From an uncultured Deinococcales bacterium (lineage in GTDB: Bacteria; Deinococcota; Deinococci; Deinococcales; JAAFIG01), in assembly GCA_964244895.1 (NCBI GenBank), contig CAXTKV010000037.1:1-31979 (forward strand): a stretch of DNA of 31,979 nucleotides, read 5' to 3'. Numbering within the stretch: the stretch's first letter is position 1; each line of letters begins with the position of its first letter. Shown here piece after piece: positions 1 through 8,442 of the stretch. The notes under the pieces were generated by a model, which saw only the letters and a program-made list of their open reading frames with translations, searched no databases and had not been told where the DNA came from. The translations under genes and the position numbers were made by a program.

Positions 1-649
1 GAGCCGGGAAGTTGTGGGCCGTCGGCGGCGTTCCGACCGGGTAACCGGAGATAACTGTCATGCGAGAGGCCAGTTCCGCGTTTTCCGGCGGGTAAATCCG
101 ATCCGCGCCGCAACCCAGCACGCCGATGCTGGGTCCATCCGCCTCGAGCGCCGCGCGGTGGGCTTCGGTGTCAATGCCGCGCGCCAGGCCGGAAACGACG
201 GTCACGCCGGACAGCGCCAGGTCTCTGGCGAGCGCCGCCGTCCAGATTCGGGCGTAGCTGGAGCATTTTCGCGTGCCGACCACACCGATGGCTCGAGGGG
301 TCGGGCCGCGAAGTTCCACCAGCGCGCCCAGATCGCCGCGCACCCACAAGGCGGGCGGCGGGTCGTAGATGGCGCGTAGGGCTTCGGGGTAGCGGTCGTC
401 CTCGAAGGCCAGGATCTCGAGGCCGACGCGTCCGGCGCGTTCGAGTTCCGCGTCGGCGCGTTCGAAGGAAGTTTTGGAACCGATGCCCGCGACCGTGCCC
501 GCGTCCAGTCCCGGAACCTCGCGCAATGCGCTCAGGCCAGCCGTCAGGGCCGCCTGGGTTGACCCGAAATGATCCATGAGCGCCTTGAAGCGCACCGGCC
601 CCAGTCCGGGTGTAAAGTGAAGCGCGAGGGTGTCACGAACCGTCTCCAT
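1..649 (-). CDS. dprA: DNA-processing protein DprA (3' end outside window; alternative start at 664)
   Basis: Translated by hand: METVRDTLALHFTPGLGPVRFKALMDHFGS...DDRYPEALRAIYDPPPALWVRGDL. YP..L..I.DPP..L...G is a DprA signature. It is absent from the ORF track because it runs off the edge. Confidence 0.9.
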   Translation of the reverse strand, partial: METVRDTLALHFTPGLGPVRFKALMDHFGSTQAALTAGLSALREVPGLDAGTVAGIGSKTSFERADAELERAGRVGLEILAFEDDRYPEALRAIYDPPPALWVRGDLGALVELRGPTPRAIGVVGTRKCSSYARIWTAALARDLALSGVTVVSGLARGIDTEAHRAALEADGPSIGVLGCGADRIYPPENAELASRMTVISGYPVGTPPTAHNFPA

Positions 650-874
650 GTCGCGCTCGAGCATAGCGGCAGCTTGAAGTTGTCGCGGTGCGATTGCCGC
701 TCGAGCCGGGATGGTCTGCGTTGGACGCCGAGCTGCGTGAGACCCTGAGCTGAGTCCGAGCGAAGGTGCGGTGAACACCTTCGGGATTGAAGCTCGCGGC
801 GCGGCGAGGGCAGCTTCGTGACCCGCCCTCGCCGCCCACCGTCAATGGCGACATTCGCCGGATGTTCTTTGAAA

Positions 875-929
875 AACACCGTCCCAGACGCATTTTCTCG
901 AGAATCGATACTCGCGTGCTGGACGGTAT
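875..929. repeat. Intergenic palindromic element (CCGT-N5-ACG family), inverted pair
   Basis: AACACCGTCCCAGACGC ... GCGTGCTGGACGGTAT. Confidence 0.7.
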
Positions 930-997
930 CCTCGAGCATCGATGCTCGATTTGAACATCGCTCGAGACTGAGGATTTTCGCGTTATGGTTGATTCCG

Positions 998-2185
998 ATG
1001 AAGGCCACCGCGCAACGCGTCGCCAGTTTCGGCCCGAACCCGTTCGCCACCATGACGGCGCTGGCCGTGCAGCACGGCGCGGTCAACTTGGGGCAGGGCT
1101 TCCCAGATTTCGCGCCGCCAGATTTCGTGATCGAGGCCGCGCAAGAAGCGTTCCGTGCGGGCGTTCACCAGTACGCCCCGACGCGCGGCTGGCCGCGTTT
1201 GATGCGGGCCGTCAGCGCGTCTCTCGCGCCGAGCCTGGGATTCACGCCCGATCCCGACCTGGAAGTGACCATCTCGCACGGAGCGACCCAGGGCATGTAC
1301 AGCGCGCTTCAGGCGTTGCTGGAACCCGGCGATGAAGTTGTGATTCTCGAGCCGCAGTACGACATGTACACGCCGCAGGTGCTGCTGGCGGGCGGCGTGC
1401 CCCGGTACGCGCAAATCATGTTTCAGCGCGGCGCGTGGACCTTCGACCCCGACGAACTGCGCGCGGCGGTGACACCGCGCACCAAAGCGATCATCCTGAA
1501 CACGCCGCACAACCCGACGGGCAAGGTCTTCACGCGCGCCGAACTGGAAGGGATCGCCGCCATCGCGCTCGAGTTTGACCTGTACGTGCTCTCCGACGAG
1601 GTTTACGACCGCCTGACCTACGGCGTGCCGCACGTGCGGATCGCCAGCCTGCCCGGAATGCGGGATCGGACGCTGACGCTCGGATCGGCGGGCAAGGCGT
1701 TCTCGGTGACGGGCTGGCGCATCGGTTGGGTGATCGCCAGCCCTGCCGTGTCGGACGCGATCCGCAAGGGCCACCAGTGGGTTCCGTTCGCCGCCGCCAC
1801 GCCCGTTCAGGAAGCCGTCGCGATCGCGCTCGAACGCGCGGCATCTGTGGGTTACGACGAGTCCATGCGCGCCGCCTTCGCCGCCAGACGCGATCGGCTT
1901 CACGACGCCCTCAGAAGCGCCGCGCTCGAGGTCAACCGGCCCGACGGCGGGTATTTTCTGACGGTCGATGTCTCGGGTTTCGGCGCGGACGTGGACGATC
2001 TCGCGCAGCGTTTCGTGACGGACGTTGGGGTCGCATCGATCCCGATGACGGTCTTTTACGCCGACAAAGCCCGAGCTCCCAAGGTGCTGCGCTTCGCGTT
2101 CTGCAAGACGGAATCCACGATTGCGGCGGCAGCCGAACGCCTGAAGCCCGGTGCCCTCGAGCGCCTGCGCACCCCGCCTGATTGA
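998..2185 (+). CDS. PLP-dependent class I/II aminotransferase (YbdL/kynurenine-methionine aminotransferase-like)
   Basis: Motifs NLGQGFPDF, LNTPHNPTGKVF, SDEVY, SAGKAFSVTGWRIGW and LRFAFCK. Start trimmed to ATG 998. Confidence 0.92.
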   Translation: MKATAQRVASFGPNPFATMTALAVQHGAVNLGQGFPDFAPPDFVIEAAQEAFRAGVHQYAPTRGWPRLMRAVSASLAPSLGFTPDPDLEVTISHGATQGMYSALQALLEPGDEVVILEPQYDMYTPQVLLAGGVPRYAQIMFQRGAWTFDPDELRAAVTPRTKAIILNTPHNPTGKVFTRAELEGIAAIALEFDLYVLSDEVYDRLTYGVPHVRIASLPGMRDRTLTLGSAGKAFSVTGWRIGWVIASPAVSDAIRKGHQWVPFAAATPVQEAVAIALERAASVGYDESMRAAFAARRDRLHDALRSAALEVNRPDGGYFLTVDVSGFGADVDDLAQRFVTDVGVASIPMTVFYADKARAPKVLRFAFCKTESTIAAAAERLKPGALERLRTPPD

Positions 2186-2257
2186 GCTTCCGCGCGCTCG
2201 AGAAACCCGCATCTGTTTCCTCGAAAGCACGCGCCGAGCGGTGTTTCCAGTCTCGAA

Positions 2258-2321
2258 GAAGACCGTCCAGCACGGTAAAAAGAGCTTCGATACCCGAGAA
2301 ATTACGTCCTGGACGGTTTTT
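2258..2321. repeat. Intergenic palindromic element, inverted pair
   Basis: AAGACCGTCCAGCACGGT ... CGTCCTGGACGGTTTTT. Confidence 0.75.
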
Positions 2322-2463
2322 GCTGGATATCAAAAGTAAAAAACGGCGCGGCGGCTCGAATCATCGAGTTCGGGAATGCACTCGAGAACACCGTACTGTG
2401 CGTCGGGGCGCGAAGCCGCAAACCGGAGTTCCACTCCGGGTCAACTTGGACTACGATTTGCCC

Positions 2464-2910
2464 ATGTCCATCCGGCCTGAACCCGTCGAACCACCCACGC
2501 AGCGCAACCGCGTCGAGGTCAGCGTCGAAGTCTTGCACTCGCCGCCGCACTCGTCGCGGGACAGGCTGCTGTACGTGTATTTCATCACCGTCTACAACAT
2601 TGGGGTCAACACCGTGCAACTGCTCGACCGGCACTGGGAGATCACCGACGGCGACGGAAGCGTGCAGGTCGTGGACGGCGAAGGCGTGATCGGGCAGCAA
2701 CCCGTGATCGCGCCCGGCGAGAAGTTCATCTATCACAGCGCCGTGTCCGTGCGGCTGCCGGACGGTGTCATGCGCGGGCATTACGGCTTCGCGGCTGACA
2801 CGGGCGAACGTTTCAGCGCGGACGTACCCGCGTTCAGGTTGTACGTTCCCGAAGGTTGGACATCGGATGGACGCACCGCAAAAGCCTCCGAACCCCGAAT
2901 GCTGAACTGA
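2464..2910 (+). CDS. apaG: ApaG protein
   Basis: YFITVYN, VQLLDRHWEITDGDG, V.GEGVIGQQPVIAPGEKFIYHS, G.MRGHY, VPAFRL. Confidence 0.92.
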   Translation: MSIRPEPVEPPTQRNRVEVSVEVLHSPPHSSRDRLLYVYFITVYNIGVNTVQLLDRHWEITDGDGSVQVVDGEGVIGQQPVIAPGEKFIYHSAVSVRLPDGVMRGHYGFAADTGERFSADVPAFRLYVPEGWTSDGRTAKASEPRMLN

Positions 2911-2940
2911 CCGGAAACGCTGGCCGGGACGCGCTCGGGC

Positions 2941-3981
2941 TCAGTGTTCTCTCAGCGAGTGCTGGACTTGCTGCTGCGGCGCACGAAATCGGCGCAACTG
3001 CGCAAGCACGGCCTGAATGCCGTGAACGACGGTGCTGGTGCGGCGGCCTGCGAGGTAGCTGATCACCAACCCGATCAGCGCGCGCGAACTGGGCTTGTGG
3101 CGCAAACCCAATCGCAGCCACGTCCGGGCCTCGCGGGTTTCGCCCTTCTCGAGCAACATCGTGCCCAGGCGGGCGCAGCAAGCGCCGACCCAGTCGTGAA
3201 AATCCGGGAAGCAGGCTCGCAGGCGTTCGTCGGCCAGGAAATGCGTGTAGCAGTAGATCGTGTTGCGGTTCAGGTTGATGAAGCTCCAGGCGCTGTCCGC
3301 TTCAGGGTGAACCCTGCGGAACGCCAGGCGTTCCGGCAGGTAGTAGACGCCGCCGCCATCGGCCAGAGCCAGGTAGCACAACCACAAATCGTAGACGTTA
3401 CCGACTTCGACGGGGAAAGCGTCCAGGTTCAGGCTCGAGGTGCGGATCAGACCCGACAGGGTCGTCGGCACGGCGCGTTCGACCAGCGCAATGTGCAAAG
3501 CGGGTTCGTGAAGGCCAGGTTTCAGCACGTCGCGCTTGTGGTCGCGCATGGTCTGTTCGGTCAACGGGAAATCGATCTCGCCCTTGGCGTTGATCACGAA
3601 GTAATCGGAAAAAGCGATGTTGACCGAATCGTCTTGTTCCAGGATCGCGACCATCTTTTCCAGGAAATCCTCGCGCCACAGGTCGTCGTCGTGAAGATTC
3701 ACGACGTACTTGCCGCCCGCGCGCCTGAACAGATCCAGGTTGTTGCCGATCATCCCGAGGTTTTCCGTGCGCCCCAGGTACGTGACCCGCGGGTCATCGA
3801 AGGCCGCCGCGATCTCGGCGGTCAGGCTCGAGTTCTCGTTGTCGCCGACCAGGATTTCCAGGTTCGGGTAGGTCTGATGCACCGCGCTTTCCAGCGCGAC
3901 TTGCAGGTACGCTTGCCGTTTGTACGTCGGCATGATCACGCTGACCAGGGGTTTTGAATCGTTTTTTTCAACAGCGCACAT
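2941..3981 (-). CDS. Glycosyltransferase family 2
   Basis: PLVSVIMPTYKR..YL..ALES...QTYPNLEILVGD and the LHDDD (DxD) motif. A G-rich RBS precedes ATG 3981. Confidence 0.9.
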   Translation of the reverse strand: MCAVEKNDSKPLVSVIMPTYKRQAYLQVALESAVHQTYPNLEILVGDNENSSLTAEIAAAFDDPRVTYLGRTENLGMIGNNLDLFRRAGGKYVVNLHDDDLWREDFLEKMVAILEQDDSVNIAFSDYFVINAKGEIDFPLTEQTMRDHKRDVLKPGLHEPALHIALVERAVPTTLSGLIRTSSLNLDAFPVEVGNVYDLWLCYLALADGGGVYYLPERLAFRRVHPEADSAWSFINLNRNTIYCYTHFLADERLRACFPDFHDWVGACCARLGTMLLEKGETREARTWLRLGLRHKPSSRALIGLVISYLAGRRTSTVVHGIQAVLAQLRRFRAPQQQVQHSLREH

Positions 3982-4084
3982 TCGGCGAATCCCCCCGTTC
4001 AAGACATTGATTGGTCGCTCACAAGATTGGGTTGAACGAAAGAAAATAAGGGAAGGGTGTGTCCAACCCAAGAATGATGAATCA

Positions 4085-5266
4085 CTATAAGCCAACGCCC
4101 GCCACAGTGGTGGCATTCGTGCGAATTGGTCGTGCAGCACCGCTCGCAGCCGCCTCGAGATACGGGCTCATGCGTTCGACCACTTTTTCCCAGGTGAAGA
4201 CGTTCTGCACCAGATCGAAACCGTGGCGACCCATGCGTTCGGCCTCTTCGGGGTTGCCCAGAATCTGAATCAGCGCTTGCGCGATGGCCTCGGCGTCATC
4301 GACCGGTACGCTCCGCCCGTTCTTGCCGTCGCTGACGATCTCTGGGAGCGCGCCCTGATCGGAGGTGACGCACGGCAGGCCGTAACCCATCGCCTCTCGC
4401 AGCACGTGCGGGCACGGGTCGAAATGGGACGGCATCACGAAGCTGGTGGCTTCCATGAACATCTTTGAAAGCTCCGCGCGGTCGTTGACGATCCCGAAAA
4501 ATTTCACGCCGGGCTTGTCCACGCCTTCCGGCGCGAACTTCGGGCCGACGATCCAGAGTTCCGCACGCGGCAGGTTGCGGCGCACCTCTTCCCAGGCTTT
4601 CAGGATCGCGGGGCCGCCCTTGCGGTCGAATTCGTAGCCGACGAACAACGCGACCTGCTTGTCCCAGCGTTTGCCCTGCAAGGATTCCAGTTTGAGGTTC
4701 GTACCCGCGCCGACCCAGACAACTTTTTCCGGGGCGACCCCATAATCCTTGATGATCGACTGGCGGGCGTACTCGGTGAAGGTGAACGTGTAGGCCGCGT
4801 CGCGCTGACCTTGAGCCTCGAGTTCCAAGCATTGATCCCATTCCTTGGGCGTTAACGGGTGCCACGACGGGAAGTGCTTGTGCGTGATCGCCAGCGTGTT
4901 GTCCGAAAAAACCGTGTACGGCTTGCCGCCGCGCGCTTCCGGCGAGGTCTGAAACTGCATGGCGAGCTGAAAGACCACATCGAATTCGTTCTGATGCTGG
5001 CGCAAGTATTCCTCGGCGTGGGCGCCGTACTTGCGAAAAATCCAGGGGTTCAGTCCGCGCCGGAGCACCCACAGCGCGCGGTTCGGGTAAAAGTGCCGCA
5101 CGCGGTTCTCGATGTTTTCAAAGCGCGTCAGGGACGGTGTTTTGCGGCTCACCAGATCGAAGTTCTTTTCGATCTCGAGGTACAGGCGGGCGTTGCGGGA
5201 ACTCTGTTTGCGGTGATCCTCGATGAATTCGAGATCGAGACCGATCACGCGGGTTTTGCTCTTCAC
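4085..5266 (-). CDS. Glycosyltransferase family 4 (GT-B)
   Basis: LFVG....RKG, FVMPS..DP.P.VLREAMGYGLPCVTSD.G..PEIV. GTG start after the RBS CAGGAG. Confidence 0.9.
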   Translation of the reverse strand: MKSKTRVIGLDLEFIEDHRKQSSRNARLYLEIEKNFDLVSRKTPSLTRFENIENRVRHFYPNRALWVLRRGLNPWIFRKYGAHAEEYLRQHQNEFDVVFQLAMQFQTSPEARGGKPYTVFSDNTLAITHKHFPSWHPLTPKEWDQCLELEAQGQRDAAYTFTFTEYARQSIIKDYGVAPEKVVWVGAGTNLKLESLQGKRWDKQVALFVGYEFDRKGGPAILKAWEEVRRNLPRAELWIVGPKFAPEGVDKPGVKFFGIVNDRAELSKMFMEATSFVMPSHFDPCPHVLREAMGYGLPCVTSDQGALPEIVSDGKNGRSVPVDDAEAIAQALIQILGNPEEAERMGRHGFDLVQNVFTWEKVVERMSPYLEAAASGAARPIRTNATTVAGVGL

Positions 5267-5480
5267 GTTCGACTCCTGTTTCTGACGAAACCCGATCACC
5301 TCTAGAGCGTCCCCCGTGGGGATTAAGACCCCCTGAACGCATCTTAGTTCCGAAGTGGGTTTCAGGCGCGTTCATACGCGATAGCGGGCGCTTGCGGGTG
5401 TTGAAGGATCATCCCTGAAACGGCGCGAGGCTCGAGCCGAACTCGAGCCTCACGCCTGCCGGATGCCGTGCGAGCGGTTC

Positions 5481-5717
5481 TCAGCCAGCCGCATCGTCGA
5501 CGTGGAACAGGCTCATGCCCTCGACTTCGGTCGGCAGAATCCAGTAGACATGCGCACCGGATTGCACGACCACGACATCGTTGCGCTCCGTGGCGGTCTT
5601 GAGGTTCCCCAGAAGCTGGGTAGCCTGCTCGGAAAGTTGCTTGGCTTCGTCCTGCGTGTTGGCCTGCGCCACGCTGATCTCGCGGCCCGATTTGGTTAAA
5701 AGCAAGAGTTCGTACAC
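5481..5717 (-). CDS. Hypothetical protein (78 aa)
   Basis: GGAGG RBS before GTG; normal globular composition (MYELLLLTKSGREISVAQANTQDEAKQ...). Confidence 0.65.
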   Translation of the reverse strand: MYELLLLTKSGREISVAQANTQDEAKQLSEQATQLLGNLKTATERNDVVVVQSGAHVYWILPTEVEGMSLFHVDDAAG

Positions 5718-5883
5718 GGTTCCTCCGAACGCCCGAGCAGTCTCGGGCGACAACCGCAGGACTATACCGCGCCCGAATGAAGCCCGAAATTGCGTTTGGG
5801 ATCGGGAACCGCGACCCGATCCGGCTCAGGAATTGATTCTTTTCGTCAGAATCTTGACAGAGTACGGGCTGCATGATGCACCC

Positions 5884-6297
5884 ATGCACCTCTCGAGCCT
5901 TTACGATCAGATGAACGACCCGCCCCTGACGGAACGCACCGACCTGTTCTGGCGCGTGCTGGATCTGGTCGCGGCCAGCTTCGCGCCGTTGCTGCTGGGG
6001 TTGGGGTTTCAGCTTCCCGCCTACGTGCTGCTGGCGCTCCTGGTTTCGACCTGGTCTTCGCGCTTCGTGTGGGCTGCGCTGCGCGCGCTGGAATCCGGCG
6101 CTCACGGCGAGGATCGCAAGCTCGAGCGCACGACCATGCGCGGTTCGCACCTGGCGTTGGCGCTGGTGTTGTACTTCTGCGCGGTGCAGGGCAACCCGAT
6201 CCCCGTGTACTTCCTGGGCGCGGTGATGGCGTTGATTTCCCTGGAGCGCGTGGTCTTCCGCGCGCGCCGCGAAGCGAAGTTGGCGACCGAAAACTGA
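5884..6297 (+). CDS. Hypothetical membrane protein (about 4 TM segments)
   Basis: Several hydrophobic stretches; followed directly by a perfect hairpin. The start is uncertain. Confidence 0.65.
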   Translation: MHLSSLYDQMNDPPLTERTDLFWRVLDLVAASFAPLLLGLGFQLPAYVLLALLVSTWSSRFVWAALRALESGAHGEDRKLERTTMRGSHLALALVLYFCAVQGNPIPVYFLGAVMALISLERVVFRARREAKLATEN

Positions 6298-6303
6298 GCT
6301 TTT

Positions 6304-6357
6304 CAAAAGCACCGTCCAGCACACATGGTCTCATTCGCGTGCTGGACGGTGCTTTTG
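6304..6357. repeat. Palindromic element with perfect 19-bp inverted arms; possible bidirectional terminator
   Basis: CAAAAGCACCGTCCAGCAC / GTGCTGGACGGTGCTTTTG between convergent genes. Confidence 0.85.
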
Positions 6358-6407
6358 GTTGTTTGCCCGATTGTATTCTCGAGCCCTGAGGAACCTCGTA
6401 GCTCGGG

Positions 6408-6453
6408 AACACCGTCCAGGACACACATTCCGTTGTGCGTCCTGGACGGTGTT
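6408..6453. repeat. Palindromic element with perfect 15-bp inverted arms
   Basis: AACACCGTCCAGGAC / GTCCTGGACGGTGTT. Confidence 0.85.
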
Positions 6454-6914
6454 TACTCGTCGAAACCGCGCGACAGCTCGCGGATCTGACCCAGCACCAT
6501 CCACAGCGGACGCTCGAGTTCCGGGCCGATATCGACGCTGTAGGCGCGCTTGACCCGCTCGCGCAGGTCTTCCAGGCTTCCGAATTCCTCGAGCCTGGTC
6601 GCGTCGGACACGAATACGTCGTCGTAATTCACGTCCAGCACGCGTTTGAAGAAATCTCTGGCCATTCCTGCCTGGGCATCGATCTGCGCGGAGGTGCTGA
6701 ACATCATCTCGGGTTCCTCGCCGGGCACGGGCAGGGGTTTCCCGGCGGCCTCCAGGTACGCGACGCGCTCGAAGAACAGGCGCTCGAGTTCCTGCATGGC
6801 TTCGTCTCGGGTTTGCCCGGCAGCTTTGAGCGCGAAGAATTCCAGGACTTCCGCTTCCCACGAATCCCAGTCCTCGCGGCGCGTCACGCGCAGGGTGTAA
6901 TCTTCGAGCTTCAT
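6453..6914 (-). CDS. HicB-like N-terminal domain protein with an atypical helical C-terminal domain
   Basis: YTLRVTRRED..SWEAEVLEF....AAGQTRDEAMQEL......YLE..GKPLPVP matches the HicB partial RNase H fold pattern. Confidence 0.65.
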   Translation of the reverse strand: MKLEDYTLRVTRREDWDSWEAEVLEFFALKAAGQTRDEAMQELERLFFERVAYLEAAGKPLPVPGEEPEMMFSTSAQIDAQAGMARDFFKRVLDVNYDDVFVSDATRLEEFGSLEDLRERVKRAYSVDIGPELERPLWMVLGQIRELSRGFDE

Positions 6915-6932
6915 GACTCATCTTATCCCCGG

Positions 6933-6980
6933 AAACACCGTCTGGCACGCGTATTCAAGAATGCGTCCTGGACGGTGCTC
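6933..6980. repeat. Palindromic element, inverted pair
   Basis: AAACACCGTCTGGCACGC ... GCGTCCTGGACGGTGCTC. Confidence 0.75.
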
Positions 6981-7024
6981 CCTCTTGCGAATGCTCGAGT
7001 TCCCGGCGCGGTAAGATGGCATCG

Positions 7025-7118
7025 GTCATCGGGGGAGCCTGTGGAGCAGGCTGAGAACGCGAGCCACGCGTAAACCCCAGGAACCTGACCCGGTTCGTAC
7101 CGGCGTAGGGAGAATGAC
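7025..7118 (+). ncRNA. TPP riboswitch (THI element)
   Basis: GGGGAGCC...GGCTGAGA...ACCC..GAACCTGACCCGGTTCGTACCGGCGTAGGGA with P1 GTCAT/ATGAC, directly upstream of thiB. Confidence 0.95.
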
Positions 7119-7182
7119 AGCCCAGGACGCACCTGGGCGCGCTCCATTCAGGTTCCCTTTCCCGTGACCAGGAAAGGGATTC

Positions 7183-8262
7183 ATGCACACGTTCAAGCTG
7201 GTTGTGGCGGCACTCGCGCTGGGTGGTATCTGCCTCGGGATCGGCGCGGCGCAAAAGCGCACGCTGACGGTCGTGACGCACGATTCGTTCGATCTCTCGA
7301 AGACATTGATCGCGAAATTCGAGCGCGAGAACGGCGTTTCTCTGAAGTTCATCAAGGGCGGCGACGCGGGCGCGATGCTCAACAAGCTGGTGCTCTCAAA
7401 ATCCGCGCCGATCGCGGACGCGACCTACGGCATCGACAACACGCTTTTGGAGCGCGCCCTAGAGGCCGATATTCTCGAGCCGTACCGCAGCCCGAATTCC
7501 GCGACCATCCCGCCGCAGTACGTGCTGGACGACAAATACCGTCTGACCAGCGTGGATTACGGTTTCGTGGCGCTCAATTACGACCGCGCGTACTTCAAGA
7601 CCAACAACCTGGCGCTCCCCAAAACCCTCTACGACCTGACCAGACCCGAATACAAGGGTTTGCTGGTCGTGCCAAACCCGGCCACGTCCAGCACCGGGCT
7701 GGCGTTCCTTTTTTCGAGCGTCAAGACCTTCGGCGCGGGTGCGTACCTGAACTTCTGGAAAGCCCTGCGCGACAACGACGCGCTGGTCACGGCGGGCTGG
7801 GATGCGGCCTACAACACGGAATTCACCAAGAACGGCGGCTCGAGACCGATCGTGGTCAGTTACGCCTCGAGCCCCGCCGCCGAAGTGTTTTACGCGCCCG
7901 CCCCGAAAAACGGGCAGAAACCCGCCGAATCCCCGACCGCGAATTTGCTTTTGCCCGGCTCGAGCTTCCTGCAAATCGAGGGCGTCGGCATCCTGAAGGG
8001 CACGAAAAACCGCGATCTGGCGCGCAAGTTCGTGGATTTCATGATCACCGAGGCCGTGCAATCGGACTTCCCGACCCGGATGTGGGTCTACCCCGTCGAC
8101 CCGCGAGCCAGGCTCGATCCCGTCTACGCCTTCGCGCAAAAACCGAGCGGCGCCCAGACCGCCACCCTGTCCAGCCAGACGATTGCGAAAAACGCCAGCG
8201 CTTACATCGACGCCTGGACGAAAGTGGTCGTTCAGGGGCTCGAGCCCGACGGCCTGAAATGA
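7183..8262 (+). CDS. thiB: Thiamine ABC transporter substrate-binding protein
   Basis: Signal peptide; LTVVTHDSF, GDAG.MLNKL.L, ADA.YGIDN, PATSSTGLAF, VVSYASSPAAE, QIEG; downstream of a TPP riboswitch. Confidence 0.93.
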   Translation: MHTFKLVVAALALGGICLGIGAAQKRTLTVVTHDSFDLSKTLIAKFERENGVSLKFIKGGDAGAMLNKLVLSKSAPIADATYGIDNTLLERALEADILEPYRSPNSATIPPQYVLDDKYRLTSVDYGFVALNYDRAYFKTNNLALPKTLYDLTRPEYKGLLVVPNPATSSTGLAFLFSSVKTFGAGAYLNFWKALRDNDALVTAGWDAAYNTEFTKNGGSRPIVVSYASSPAAEVFYAPAPKNGQKPAESPTANLLLPGSSFLQIEGVGILKGTKNRDLARKFVDFMITEAVQSDFPTRMWVYPVDPRARLDPVYAFAQKPSGAQTATLSSQTIAKNASAYIDAWTKVVVQGLEPDGLK

Positions 8263-8281
8263 CCCAGAACCCGCCCCGCCG

Positions 8282-8413
8282 CGATCCACTTCCCCTACCG
8301 AAACCGGGGGAAGTGGATCGAGCCTCCGTCCCATCGAGCCTCGAGACGGAGGGGTCGCCGTACACCGTCCAGCACGCATTCCCAGGAACACCGTGTGGAA
8401 CGGTGTTCTCGAG
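8282..8413 (+). other. Intercistronic hairpin cluster between thiB and thiP, including one repeat-family copy
   Basis: 14-bp stem CGATCCACTTCCCC/GGGGAAGTGGATCG (8282-8320); 8-bp stem CCTCCGTC/GACGGAGG (8323-8352); repeat unit at 8362-8413. Confidence 0.7.
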
Positions 8414-8442
8414 CCTTACGCATTTCAGCAAGCCCGCCCACG

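Noticed and set aside
818..997. N-terminal extensions from the ORF track (also 2182-2463, 11890-12042, 21236-21427, 25397-25552, 28292-28645)
   Set aside because: They run through repeat elements or promoter DNA and precede the family-typical start or RBS.
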